A stretch of 64,000 nt of DNA. Source: Lytechinus pictus (Eukaryota). The position numbers and the translations under genes are program-made. Under the pieces are notes generated by a model. The model was given only the letters and a program-made list of their open reading frames with translations. It searched no databases and was not told where the DNA came from. Where the stretch lies: positions 25,918,001 to 25,982,000 of the forward strand of contig NC_087251.1 in the NCBI RefSeq assembly GCF_037042905.1. The letters run 5' to 3'. The first letter of the stretch is position 1; each line of letters begins with the position of its first letter. Shown in pieces: positions 14,051-26,600 of this stretch.

Positions 14051-16060
14051 TGTGCGTATAATGTCATAGGGTTTGTTTCGTAAATGGAACTGCAATCTCG
14101 ATCGATGTTGCTTTTCTGTGCATTGAGCATCAGGTTTGTGATATTGTAAAATAGTCCTGGCTCGACAAGAAACTAATTTGATTTTTCCATTTTCACACAT
14201 ATCATCCGGAGATCTGTCTTTATAAACCACTCAGAGACATATTCAATAGCGTTATTTTTACTATCCATTAATGAAAGAAGCGCGATGTCTGAAAATATCT
14301 GAAGTTTTATAATAACTTGTTTATAAAGAAAACGCATCCGGTTTGCAGGTCAGACAGGAATCGCTTTCTTCCTTATCGATTGACCATCTGGTATAGAGCG
14401 TTCACCTTGGCTGCTTATGAATTATGATAGAGGAAAAATCATGTAGAAATCTCCGATGTTTGATGCACATATTTATTATTCATCCCCCCCCCAACATTAT
14501 GATGACTGCTTATGGTAACCATGGTAACGATATGTAGGCGTAGAAACAGGGTCATCAGGAAATGAATGATGGATAGCTAGGGGAGCTGGGGCGGGAACCA
14601 TCATAAACATGTGTACCTCCAAGCTCTGTTTCGAATTTTAAAATTGGTGAATACTGTTATACCATGTCATACTCGTAAACTAACTCAAGACCGACCAAGC
14701 TAAGTTTCTTGTAATAATATACCATCGGTTTCGTTGATGTGATTGTTGCATAAATGAGGGCACAAAACACACATCATTTTTAAGTGGCATATGACATAGG
14801 CCTACATCATCAGTGTGGGAGGAGGAGACAAGTGCACGTGGTATACAATTCTGCCAATCAACCTGCTTTTTGCACGTGGGTACAATTTTAATGAAGTTGT
14901 CAGATCTGACTAATATTCAGTAGCCGTGTTGATGAGCTACATATTAATATTGTTTGGGGAGAAACTTGGGACTTTTAAACCTGTATGCAATAGCATTGAA
15001 GGGGATTTAAAGTCCTCCTCTCAGAAATAAATGTCATTTAGTTTCATGCTAGTGAGCGTAGCGACCGAGCAAGATAATTTGCCGCAATATACTGTGAAAC
15101 TTTGCATTTTCTCACTAAGATATCGGGGTTTATGCCGTGTTGCCTTTCAAACTTTAGACTTCATTTCATACATTTGTATGTGAGCAAGATAATTTCAAAT
15201 GGTGAATCTTAGCATCATGGCGCACTGTACAACATTAAATTGCAAATAGCAGATATTCTTATTAGACATATTATAAGCTTAATCTGTTCCCGTTCTAGTT
15301 TCCAAAACATCAGTTCTTTCCAAAAGTTTTAAGAGCATGCGTCTCCAGTTGGCCTACTTTCATTCCGACGCCCTTTACAATGTTTACTGTATTTAGAATT
15401 TTACAAGAAAGTATTTGGTTCATTTATTTTTGTAGTTAAACTCTTCAGAAATTTTTACTCAAATTGCGCGGGCGATTATAAATGGAGCATTGAATTCACT
15501 GCTTGATTGATGTTGCGTAACTTCGGAACACTGGCATACAGTTGGGGGCATGCCCCCCATCCCAAAAGTTTCACGACCAATATGAAAAAAAAAAGAGAAC
15601 AGGAAGGGGAAGCGTGAAATGTGGTATTATTTTGTGAACATAATATCTGAAACTTTGATTTTTTTTTTGTATATAAAGGTCTAAATTTTTGCTCAATCCG
15701 CCATATCTGATCCTCTTTTCTTTGGCTAATTACGCCACTTCTTTGGAATGATGGGGGTGAGAAGGGGAACATGATTGAACAAATATGGTCCGTGTACGCC
15801 GGTTGACGGCTCCCAAACGGTATCACATCTCTCAATACTTTTTGGGTTGTAGTTTAATTTGCTTACAAGAGACACACACACATTGTACGAATGATAGACG
15901 AGGAAAATATCTGTGGAAAAATAAACACAAAACTTTTAATTTCGTCGTCGTATTTCTACACTGGACCGTGCCCCCCTCCCACCCCCCCCCCCCGAATGCG
16001 ATGGTAATTGCTCCGCAAATACTTTTAACATAATATATCAAAAAGAAGCATCGAGTATCT

Positions 16061-17684
16061 CATGGGTGTCGATCACGGGGGGGATGGGGGGGATATATCC
16101 CCCCCAATATTTCAAGTGGGGGGGATGGCCTGTATTATCATCCCCCCCAATAATTTAGGGTAGAAAAATTATAATAATGATGATGAAAAAATGAAAAGTT
16201 TGATCATGATGATTATAGTGATGATTATACTATGCCATCAATCAGTTTGTTTCCCTCGCAATTTGTGTATATTGTTATTAAATGAAAACATTCTTTTTCA
16301 GGACTATTAAACAGATGGGTGGAAGTTCAAGATGAAAAAGAATGAAATGTTTATGTATATGATATTTTTTAACACATGACATAAAAGGACCCCAACGAAA
16401 AACAACTTTTGTTGATAGGGTGTTCCATCCCACCAGTGGTGAATGAATTAATTTTAATAAATCAATTAATTCAAAAGGGTGGAAAAACAAACGGGAGTAA
16501 AAGGGTGGCAAGATAAATCGTCTAAGGAATGACCATATAGCTATTAGAGTAATAGCCCCACCAATGAAAATATTTGGGGGGAACATATCGTTTTGCCCCC
16601 CTCCCAATAATTCCGCATGTGCAACTAAAAATAAAATAAGATTGTAATGCTACACTGAAACCAGCAAGCGAGATTAAGATACCAACTCGATTTTGATCTA
16701 AAATCGTGCTCAAAATGTCTGCTTTTCAGATCGGAATATAAAATTTTTCAGCTCGCGCTTCGCGCTCGCATCATTTCTGTACCAAAACCCCATACTTTTC
16801 ATGATTAAATAGGTGAATAGAATGTCCCGTTTTCAGTTCTATACCTCAAAAGAACTCCCGCTTCGATTTGCAATAATCTTTTGTTGGATATATATCTTGT
16901 TCTTTATTAAAAGCGTCCATTAAATTGTCTTTTTGTCCAGATCGAAATATTACAATTTTCAGCTGACGCTTTGCGCTCGCATCTATTGTTCTTCTAGGTA
17001 CCCATCTTAATCATTGGTACCAAAAGTGCTTAGAATATCAAGCTTTCACGTCAGAATATAAAGAAATTTTAGCTCGCTCTCTAGTGAGATACATGTATCT
17101 ATGCTCCTCATGAGTTACTACAAGCAAACCTAAACAGGTACATTTTTCCTGTTTTCATGTCATACTAAAAATTTTCAGCTCGCGCTTCGCGCTCGCATTG
17201 TTGGTGAGGTTGAGATATGTGTCTCTTTCTCATGATTCATATATATATATATATATATATAAAATATAGGCCTATGTGTAGGGGTGTGTGGGTGAGTTTG
17301 TTCGTTTTATATGAACGAGCGTCTTTGGAACGTTGATTCATGATTTTGCCCCCCCCCCCAATCTGAAAAATGGATCGATGCCCCTGTGTATACATCATGC
17401 TCAATCAACAGATCACTATGTACATGTTCCAGATAATTTTTGTCATTTTTTCTTTCGTATGAGTTTAGAATAGGCTTACTTGTAACACAAATTGAATTAA
17501 AAAAAAAATTATATAAGTACAGTACACTACAACAATGAAGGAATTTCCAAGAACACCATGCATATCAATCACTCCCAAATGTCCTAACTTGTGATTTTAG
17601 TGGGGGTAATGTTGAAAGATCCCCATCCACAAGAACTTTTGTGTCATCATCCCCCCCAACCAAGAATACTGATCGACACCCATG
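16061..17684. mobile_element. Composite non-autonomous DNA transposon (hAT-like CA..TG ends) containing a truncated second MITE that ends at about 17386
   Basis: Perfect 14-bp TIR CATGGGTGTCGATC / GATCGACACCCATG. Flanks TATCT / TATACT suggest a degenerate TSD. Internal GCTCGCGCTTCGCGCTCGC motifs and an inner end GGATCGATGCCCCTG. Confidence 0.7.
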
Positions 17685-20003
17685 TATACTCAAAATTCCC
17701 AATTCAAATGTGTCCCGCGACATGAACCAAATATTTGACGCCTGATCTTTGAAAAAAATGAACAGCTCAACAATTCCAACGTGTTCGTAGGTGGTACAAG
17801 CATCGATCCTGATTGGTTAAAAGTTGTGTGAAACCTCTGTGATGTCATGCCTTCATTTATATTTTGTTTTCAAAGTGCGACGTGGTCATACACGGTGGTG
17901 CACAGTCTGCACTGGCTTGCTATTAGCGATCCGATGAATTAGCCCGAACGGACTTTTCTCTCAAATAGCGCGCCAATTTGGCTCCCAGCCTGAGCTCTCG
18001 CGCGTTATTTGGTGATTTGAGCTAAATTTCCATGAACTTGCTAGAGATAGTGGAGCACCGCATATACTGAGTTAAAACGGGATATCTGATTTGGAGCGGC
18101 ATCTAATCGAGGGGCGGATCGAGACTTTTGCTAAGAGTGGGGGAGTGGGTTTGACCAGTTGGTTTGACCCAACGACGTTGAGCTCAGAAGAGGGGTCGGA
18201 GTTTGATTCCATCTCTCTCTCTTTTGTTTGTTTAGGGAACCCTAGATCCACCTCTTTCTTTCGGTCTTTAATTCCCTTCCCTTCTTCCCCTTCATCCATC
18301 CTTTATTTATATTCTTTGTTAATCTCTTCATTACTGAGAGGGGTGAGCCAGCAGCATAAAGCTAAGGCTGTTTGGCCCCCGACGCTTTCCTCTTTAAATC
18401 CCCCTTCGCTCTTTTTCGTGGGGGAGGGGGTTTAGCCGTGTAGGGCCGTTTCGGTACGGCCTCTTTCTTCCCCTCTTCATTTTTATTCCTTTTCATTTTC
18501 ATTTCCACTTCGTTTATCTCTCCTTTATTTACGGGCCGAGGATGGGGTAACTCTCCATCGCCCCCGGTAAGCACTGCCCTTTATATCAACCTATCCCTTC
18601 CCTTTCTTTCTTTTGCTTTCCTTTCCTAGTATTTGCTTCGCTTCCTCTCTCCTTCCCTTCCCTTTATTTTCCCTCTCTTTGTCTGTAATTTCCCCCTTCC
18701 TTCTCTCTTAATTATTTTCCTTCTCTTTTTCTATTTTCCCCTTCTTCCTTTACCTTCTCCTTTTCGTGCCGCCATTAGAGGGCCGCGGCCGCTGCAGCCC
18801 CCTTGATCCACCTATATTTTATCCTTTCCTTTCATTTTCTATTAATTTTGCACGAGAGGAGGCCGGACAGGGGTTTAAGGCTCCTAGATTCACAATTTTG
18901 TGTAAAAAGTTAACTGATATTTATTTCCTTTTCTCTTTCTTTCTTCTTTCTCCCCTCTTCCTTTCCCTTCTCCTTTTTTGTGGGAGTGGGGGCAAGGCCC
19001 TTTCACCCTCTCCATGGATCCACGCCTGAGAACAGAGCAGGAGTGGAGAATGAGACCTGAACGAATTCAGTAGTCAATAATATTTGTAATTTGAAACACA
19101 TGGTTAAGTATTATTTAGGCCCCGTTTCAAAATAACTTTGCAGTTATGGTAACTAATGTACCATGGTAACAAGGTTGAACAGCCAATCAAAATCAAGGAT
19201 CCCATTGTAGTTTCCAAAATGAAAAATTACCATGGTCAGGAATCTTTATGAAGCAGGATATTGATGTAGCTGTTACAAGGATACTTTGATGTCAGGGTAC
19301 CGAGTAGTAAATGTAACATCAATTTTGAGAGTTGGGATGTAAGTGTAGGAGAAAAAAATAGTGAATGGGTGTCTTTGTTAAACTGGTCTTTTGAATTTCA
19401 TTGGTGTATTTTGGGATACCATACATTTTACAATGCTATATTAACATCTACCAGAGATTTTCATATAATAATCATATCAAAATGATTTGCCTTTACTCAT
19501 AACAAACTGAAGAATACACACACCTCAATTATTTGCATAAATTAATGCCTTTATTTTATTAGTTATACATTCCACAAGTTTATGTTTCATTCATTATCTA
19601 AATTTTATCAATTTCAATTTAGCCAATATTGCACCACAATAATTTATCCTTGCTTCATAAAGCATGTTAACGATAAAGGCACATTGGCATATACATCCTC
19701 ATGTTCATCTTGGAAGCCATAAAGCATTTTAATCTTTAAAAGATAACTATTACGTAAATGCTACATGACCTGAATAACATCAAATTAATTTAATGGGGTA
19801 GCCCCACCTTAATTTTTTTTTAAATAAATATTTGTAAAGAACTTAAGTCTTCAATTTGTAAATCTTTCCTCAAGAATAAAACCCTTACTTCACTGATTAC
19901 CGCCCATATAAATAGCAAAGCAAAGAAGCAACAATGATCAAAAGTCACAGCTAATTTGGACCTTCCTTTAATAACAAGAATGAACTCAAATTGATCTTGA
20001 GCA

Positions 20004-20443
20004 CCCGGGGGGGGGGGGGGCAGTCGAATATATTGCTGTACACACGCGTGACCTAAAAACACATTTAAAGGGATGTTTTTTAGTTTTGGACGTGGGCCAC
20101 GCTGCACTCGTTAAGGGTATCAAAAACACAGATTTTCAAAAAAAGGAGGTAGTTTTGAAAGACTGGTCAATGGCCAATCGCAAGGTCAAACTTAGGGTAT
20201 TTTTTTTCCCAAAGCTTTTTTTTTAAGACTAGCCAAATGTGTTTAGGGGATGTTTTTTTCCCCAAGCTTTTTCCCCGGGGTCATATTCTGGCAACTTGTT
20301 TAGGGGCCAAAATGTGTAAATAAAGCCTGCGAAAAACTTGTTCAGGGGGTTATTTTGCAAACAGAGAAAAACTTGTTTAGGGTGTGTTTGGAAATAATTT
20401 GGCCACGCGTGTGTCCAGCAATACATTTGACTAGACCCCTGGG
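20004..20443. mobile_element. MITE with 8-bp TSD and CCC..GGG termini (superfamily unassigned)
   Basis: TSD CTTGAGCA on both sides. Inverted ends CCCGGGG..CAGTCGAATATATTGCTGTACACACGCGTG / CACGCGTGTGTCCAGCAATACATTTGACTAGACCCCTGGG. Confidence 0.88.
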
Positions 20444-20621
20444 CTTGAGCACTATTCTTTTTCAAATAAATTCATGAAGCAAAGGTAGCCCTGTGACCCA
20501 ATACCAGAGTCTACTTCTAAGTAACAAAATCCTTACATGACATCATTGATTTATGTACATGGAGTCAAAGATTAATTACTGTACTGTTTTGCAAGGATTA
20601 TCTCTCTGATTTAGGGTTTGT

Positions 20622-20890
20622 GGGGGCATCGTGGTCTGGTGGTTATGATTCTCGTCTGTCAATCTGAGGGACGTGGGTTCGATTCCCAGCCATGACATGT
20701 TTTTTTCAGCAAGAAATTTACCAACATTGTGCTGAACTCAACCCAGGTGAGGTGAATGGATATCCAGTAGAAAAATTCCTTGAATGCTTTATTGCCTGTA
20801 TGGCAGCACAGCTAAAGCAGGGGGTAATAATAGCAGCACTTTGTATCCTCAGGCAAAAAGCGCTTAATAAATCCAGCACTTAATATTATG
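20622..20890 (+). mobile_element. tRNA-derived SINE
   Basis: Head GGGGGCATCGTGGTCTGGTGG (A box) and GGTTCGATTCCC (B box), core ACCCAGGTGAGGTGAATGG, AAGCGC/AT-rich tail. A second copy lies at 41100-41383. Confidence 0.8.
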
Positions 20891-23164
20891 ATTAATGAGC
20901 ACTTTGCGAAGTCTGTATTACAAAGAAGCATCACATCCTTTAATATGCAAAATTGAAAATAACTAAAAATTTTGAATAGGTGCTTAATATGAAAGCTGAG
21001 CTTATCACAACTAGCATGTACAGATATTGCACTGACAAACATACTATGCACAACTACTGCACAGCCCCAGCATGCACTGCATATATACAGTATCATAAAC
21101 CAACAGCAGTAATATGGCAATACTCGCTTTTCTAGTATACCTGTACTGTATATTTATACTGCTCATACTCAAATGGAGTATTTAAGTATTTCCAAGTAAT
21201 AGGTAAGAAATGTTGAGAATAACAATAATGTGAAACAATGAATTTGCCAAAATAAACCTTTTCATCCTTTAATTCCTCAACAATACTGACTACACATATT
21301 GACATTGGCTGCATGCATAGATAGTAGGCCCAAGGGCACTTGATTCTGAAAGTTTTGACTTGACAATCAGATTAAAGTCTTGTAGCATAAAGGGATACGA
21401 TTAATGAAATGTACCTTGTTTCATATAGTTTGACGTGGAAGAGTTACACCTAATATAATTAATTGTATGTTTATATTACAGGGCCCAAGTACCCTAACAA
21501 AAGTCACATTAGCCACATCTTCCAGCTGTATTACTGTCAGCATCTTTCCGTTTCCAATATCTTTCAATCTCTGCATATACAAGATTACAGACGTAATACC
21601 AGATTACCTTAAATACAATGATGTAGAAAATTTTAGTTCCTATTGGCGCCCAAAGAAATGGATATACCGGGGTAAGTAAAATATGCATTACTGGAATAAA
21701 TAAAATTAATTGAAATCCAAGTTGTATGTTAGAAGCATGGCCTCAAATTAAATCTTAGACACAATTACCAATCCCTCACTCTACGTGTATACTACAAAAT
21801 GGTGTGATCTAGTTTGCAATAAGCTATATATATGTACCTGATTTTATGAATTATGCCTTGCAAAATGACACTTAATCAAGAGTAATATGTTTTTGACAGC
21901 AAGTAGTAATGTTTTTTTTCTATGTTTCGTTTTGTTTAATTTGCCATTTTGTTCATGGTAAAAAAATAAATGTTCTTTTATCAATGCAACTCTTTGTTTG
22001 GTCATTAAAAAAATGTTTCATTTTCTCTGATTGTAATCCTTCATATTTTGGATATGTAATCAATAAAATAAACTTGAAACTTAAAAATCAAAATACAACA
22101 CGAGGGGGGGGGCGATCAGAAAGCTGCTTTAAATCCTACATGCTGTGAAGCCATAGATGTGACTTTTGCTAAGCTATCTTACATGGGAGACCTGAACATG
22201 TATGTTCCCATGACTTATCTGTTGTAGCAGAGAACTTATCAAATACATCCCTGCAGAAATACCGCTTGAAACATCATGCCCCAGACAGTTCTCTTCGGAG
22301 CATTCACTTTTCAGAACTACTTCACCAACATCATGAAACCGTAAACCTCTTCACCTATTTTCTCTTAGATTGAAAATCACCAGCCTTCTACAATAACCAT
22401 ATGATTATATCTATTCAACATCAATATATTTAAGTACAACTTTTGAACAAAATAAAGGTACAATGGACACAACTTGTGCAAGATGATACTTCATTCTTTG
22501 GCATAATACTCTCCAAGCAGTTTACTCAGCATAAATAACAGATTTGTGATCATTTTCATTCATAGAAATATTCAGGTCACAAACATCATGACCCATGCAG
22601 ATATAAATCTGAAATATTACAAATAGAATTCATTGTAAAGTGCAATTTTTTAAATTCTATTATTGATATCTTTTTATTCTTTCATTATTTTTTTTTAGGG
22701 GGGGAGCAAAAATGAAAATAGTTTCCAAATAACTTTCATGATCTCTCTCCTCCACAAGTCCTCTTAAAGGTGAACATTTATCATTGACAAAATGATTAGA
22801 ACATAAATAAGGCATGATTTTATGGCAATGAATTTCATTATGAATAACCAAATGCTCTCATCCATCAAGAACATGGACAATCATCATTATTTATAGAAGT
22901 CGATTTCTTGCACGTTGTGGTGTTGGACATTGACTGGCCATCAGATTTTGGCTTGCCGCACAATATCTACACACTTCCACTCCCTCCCTTGGGAGCATAT
23001 AACAAGAGCTCCGACAATAAAATTGCTAGGCATACTACATTTTCTTTTGCCTATAATAGGTATCCATTTAACATGATTTACTAATACATGCAATACAGTG
23101 TCAAAGTTTGAAATCCATAATCCATGGAACTGATGCTATAAATATGTACTGTTGGCATGATTTA

Positions 23165-23680
23165 TACATATCCCTACTGTGCACTGATGAGTTGAAGTTG
23201 TTATTCTAGGGCAAGTTCCTAGATCCATATCAGGTTCTTTGTTCTTATGAAATGAGGACATATCCCTCCTGTGCGCTGATGAGTTGAAGTTGTTGAACAA
23301 TAGCTTCTATGATGTGGCTTCTTCTGGGGCAAGTTCTTAGATCCATGTCAGGTTGTTTGTTCTTATGTGATGAGGACATATCCTTATTGTGTGCTGATGA
23401 GTTAAACAATAGCTGCAATTATTCTGCATCTTCTTGGGCAAGTTCCTAGATCCATATCAGGTTTTCTATGACATGGGGACATATCTTCACTGTGTGTTGA
23501 TGAATTGAACAATACCTGCTGTCCAGTTTCTCTACAGCAGGTTCCTATATCCATATCGGCTTATTGGATCTTATTTTGATGGGGACATATCCTTCATTGT
23601 GTGCTGATGAGTTGAACGATAGCTGCAATTATTCGGCTTCCTCTTGGGCAAGTTCCTAGATCCATATCAGGCTGTTGAAT
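23165..23680 (-). repeat. Four degenerate tandem copies (about 100-120 bp) of the DHX57 terminal coding segment in its 3' UTR, plus the intact copy
   Basis: Repeated GGACATATCC..TGTGTGCTGATGAGTTGAA..GGGCAAGTTCCTAGATCCATATCAGG, matching the last exon. Confidence 0.85.
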
Positions 23681-26600
23681 CTTATCGGCCAAAAGCTGAT
23701 CAAGTTCTCTCCGAAGCTCTCTCATCAGCTCACCTACCTATGTTGAAGACAAATGAGTTAGACTGAAATGAGACATGTACCAAGGGCAGTCTCAAATGCA
23801 GAATGAGAGGGGGGACACTTAATATATCTGGCTTACTGCTTTATTGTTCAAAATGCAGCATATTTCCAAATGCACACTTATGACTGAATAATAATCAAAT
23901 CACATTAGATTTATGATTTTGTGATTGAACTCTTTATGCATTAGGCCACAGTTGCTGTTAATAATAGAATCACTAATAATAATAGAATCACTAATTACAG
24001 TTCCAAGCTCACCTCAATAGACTTGACCCGGAACTGAATCCATCCATTGTCAAGTGATATGATGAACTCTCCTCCCTTGAGGTCAATGTTGAGTTCACAT
24101 CCCCCAAACAGGAGCAACGGGTAGACAGACACCATGCTGCAATCACGTATGTATACCTAGAGAAGAAAAACAAGCCAGTTGGTAGATATCATCTGTGCAC
24201 TGCAAGATATATGAAATGAATTTTTGCCAATGATAATAATCCAATGTCAAGACGCAAACACTGGATCTATGCTTGCGATCATCATAGGCAATTATTATTT
24301 ATCTTTTGATACGCTCTAGATAACAGAAAAGGAAATAAGACATCTTATTCAAGAGGAAAAAATAGTTGATAGTCCGAATCTGCCCCCATGAATTTGGCAT
24401 AAAGTTTTTCTACAAAGCAAATCAGGTTGACTGCAGGAATTAAGGATCTATGAATATCTAATATTAATATATCTTCCAAAACTTACTGTGAATAGATTGG
24501 ATAGGTGACATACATCTGTAAATCATGTGTAAAAATATATCCTTAGACAATCTATAACAAAATCATGCAACCCCTCTCCCCTAAAAATCAAGACCTATAG
24601 GAATTTTTAACGATACAACTGGATATATTGAAAGTACATTACAGCTTAATAAAGGCCTTGCACATTTTACTCAACTAATCTTATTTTACATGATTATGAA
24701 GCTCATTAAATTCATACCTTTGATGTTTTGATTTTCTCCAAGAAGACAAGATATGGGCTCTCAAAGTACCTCACTTGGAAGTTGACAGATTTTGGATGAA
24801 CACTCACCTGTAAAAACAAATCAACAGTTTCCCTTTATTTGTATTGTTACAAGTTCATTTTATTTTATTTTCAGTTTAATTCAGTTCTGAACTTGAGCAA
24901 TTGCCAGGGTTCAAAGAAAAAACACAGCTTGAAGCCTCATGAGCTCTTTGACAACTGGTGTAGCTCATGTATAGAAAGTATAATGTTTTATTTCCCCCTG
25001 ATGAGATCTAAAGGCTATGTAAGATCTATGATCTTAAGGTCTTGAGGGAAACTGATTACAGGCATATCTTACATATCCATCATCTTTGGTCTTGAATTTG
25101 AGTTCCTGGGCCTTGGGATTCAAAGGAACAGCTCCTGCACTGGACTGGGTGTATTTGGCCTCTGGGGTCAGGACCTGGACTACATTAGGATAGAGGGCAG
25201 CACAAAGAACCGCTACGACCAGCCGGTCATTGCTGGCATTCACGTTGATCTGTCAGAATTAAAGCATTAGTAAAATGTATGTCTATTAAAGGGTGCATCA
25301 AATTCTACAATTTTAAGTCAAAAGTAAAAGCAACAAAAAAAAAATCCCTTAAATTCATCTCCCTCACTTGTATGTATTCTTTCCTCCCTACATACCTGCC
25401 AACCTTTGATAATAAAAAATCAGTATCAAAGCTACGACGGCACCGAGCGGGTGTCCGGCCCGCTCCAACGGTAAGGACTCTTTGCATTTACACCATGTAA
25501 AAGTAGCATTTCCCTACACCTTTTAAAGCAAATTTACCCTCATTACCACACCAGAGGATGACCTACATGTAGTCGACCTTAATTTATCAATTAAAAATTT
25601 AGAAAAGGTATTTTAAATATCACTTTTGTGACAAAAACCCACCTAATTTCATTCAGGTGTGATTTGTTTTCATCTAAATCTGTAAGGAATAATTTTTCTT
25701 GTTCACCAGATCTCTCAAAAACTTTAATTTTAAGCATATTTTTGTGAGGCCCTCTATTGGTGGAAAGAGATTGATGCAGATTCTCTTTTCAATTAGAAAA
25801 AAAATTATTTCAAGAATTCAATTGAATTTTGGGCCAGGGCATATTTTTTATGATAAATTTAGATTTAAGTTAGCCCTACTTTATTAAAAATTGATGTGCC
25901 AAAAAATCAAACATCTATTTATCCAACCTACATCATCATGCAATCATGCATCAAGTCAAGAGGAAATAAGCCAAACATTGACAATCTTATTTCACCACAC
26001 AGGGGTTACTGACTGAGGACAAGTTTCTATCATAAACTACAATGGATAAGTGTTTGTTGGTATAAGAAAGCAGATTTTCAACCATGATAAAAACGGAGCT
26101 GAAACTAACGGCTGCATGCGCCCGACCCGCACCCACCACAGCACTTGCGGTGCGCCGGCGAGACGGGAAGGCTGAGGCGCAGCAACTCGGCGGGCGCCGG
26201 GAGTTTAGGCAAGCGAAGCAAGTAGATTTGGTGTTTGACTTCGAAGGCTAAATTGAGATCAAAAGTTGAAAATCTCCTTTCTTCCTCGAAAATTTGACAA
26301 TTCTATGAGAAAATAAAGTACAGATCAATGTTAAAATTGCGTTGGGATAGATCTAAAAGTTAGAGTAACTGCGTCGGTGTGCGGCCATTACTTCAGCGCA
26401 GCCCAGCAGACAAGCAATATACCACCGAAATCACCAACACACTCTAGACATGTACACTACACATTCTCTAACTCACTCCCACACTACAAAATCATCCGGC
26501 GACATGGGCAATACTTGAAATAAAGTGATTTCTTCTTACCTAAATCACCATATTTCGCATAAAAAATATCACCATCGGTGATTCTTAACATCGTAGTTAG

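Noticed and set aside
14051..14230. 60-codon N-terminal extension of the UGT ORF in the track
   Set aside because: Starts at a non-ATG codon, and the signal peptide begins at ATG 14050.
17890..17910. CACGGTG/CACAGT resembling a Transib or RSS heptamer at the start of a CpG-rich stretch
   Set aside because: No nonamer, matching right end or TSD found.
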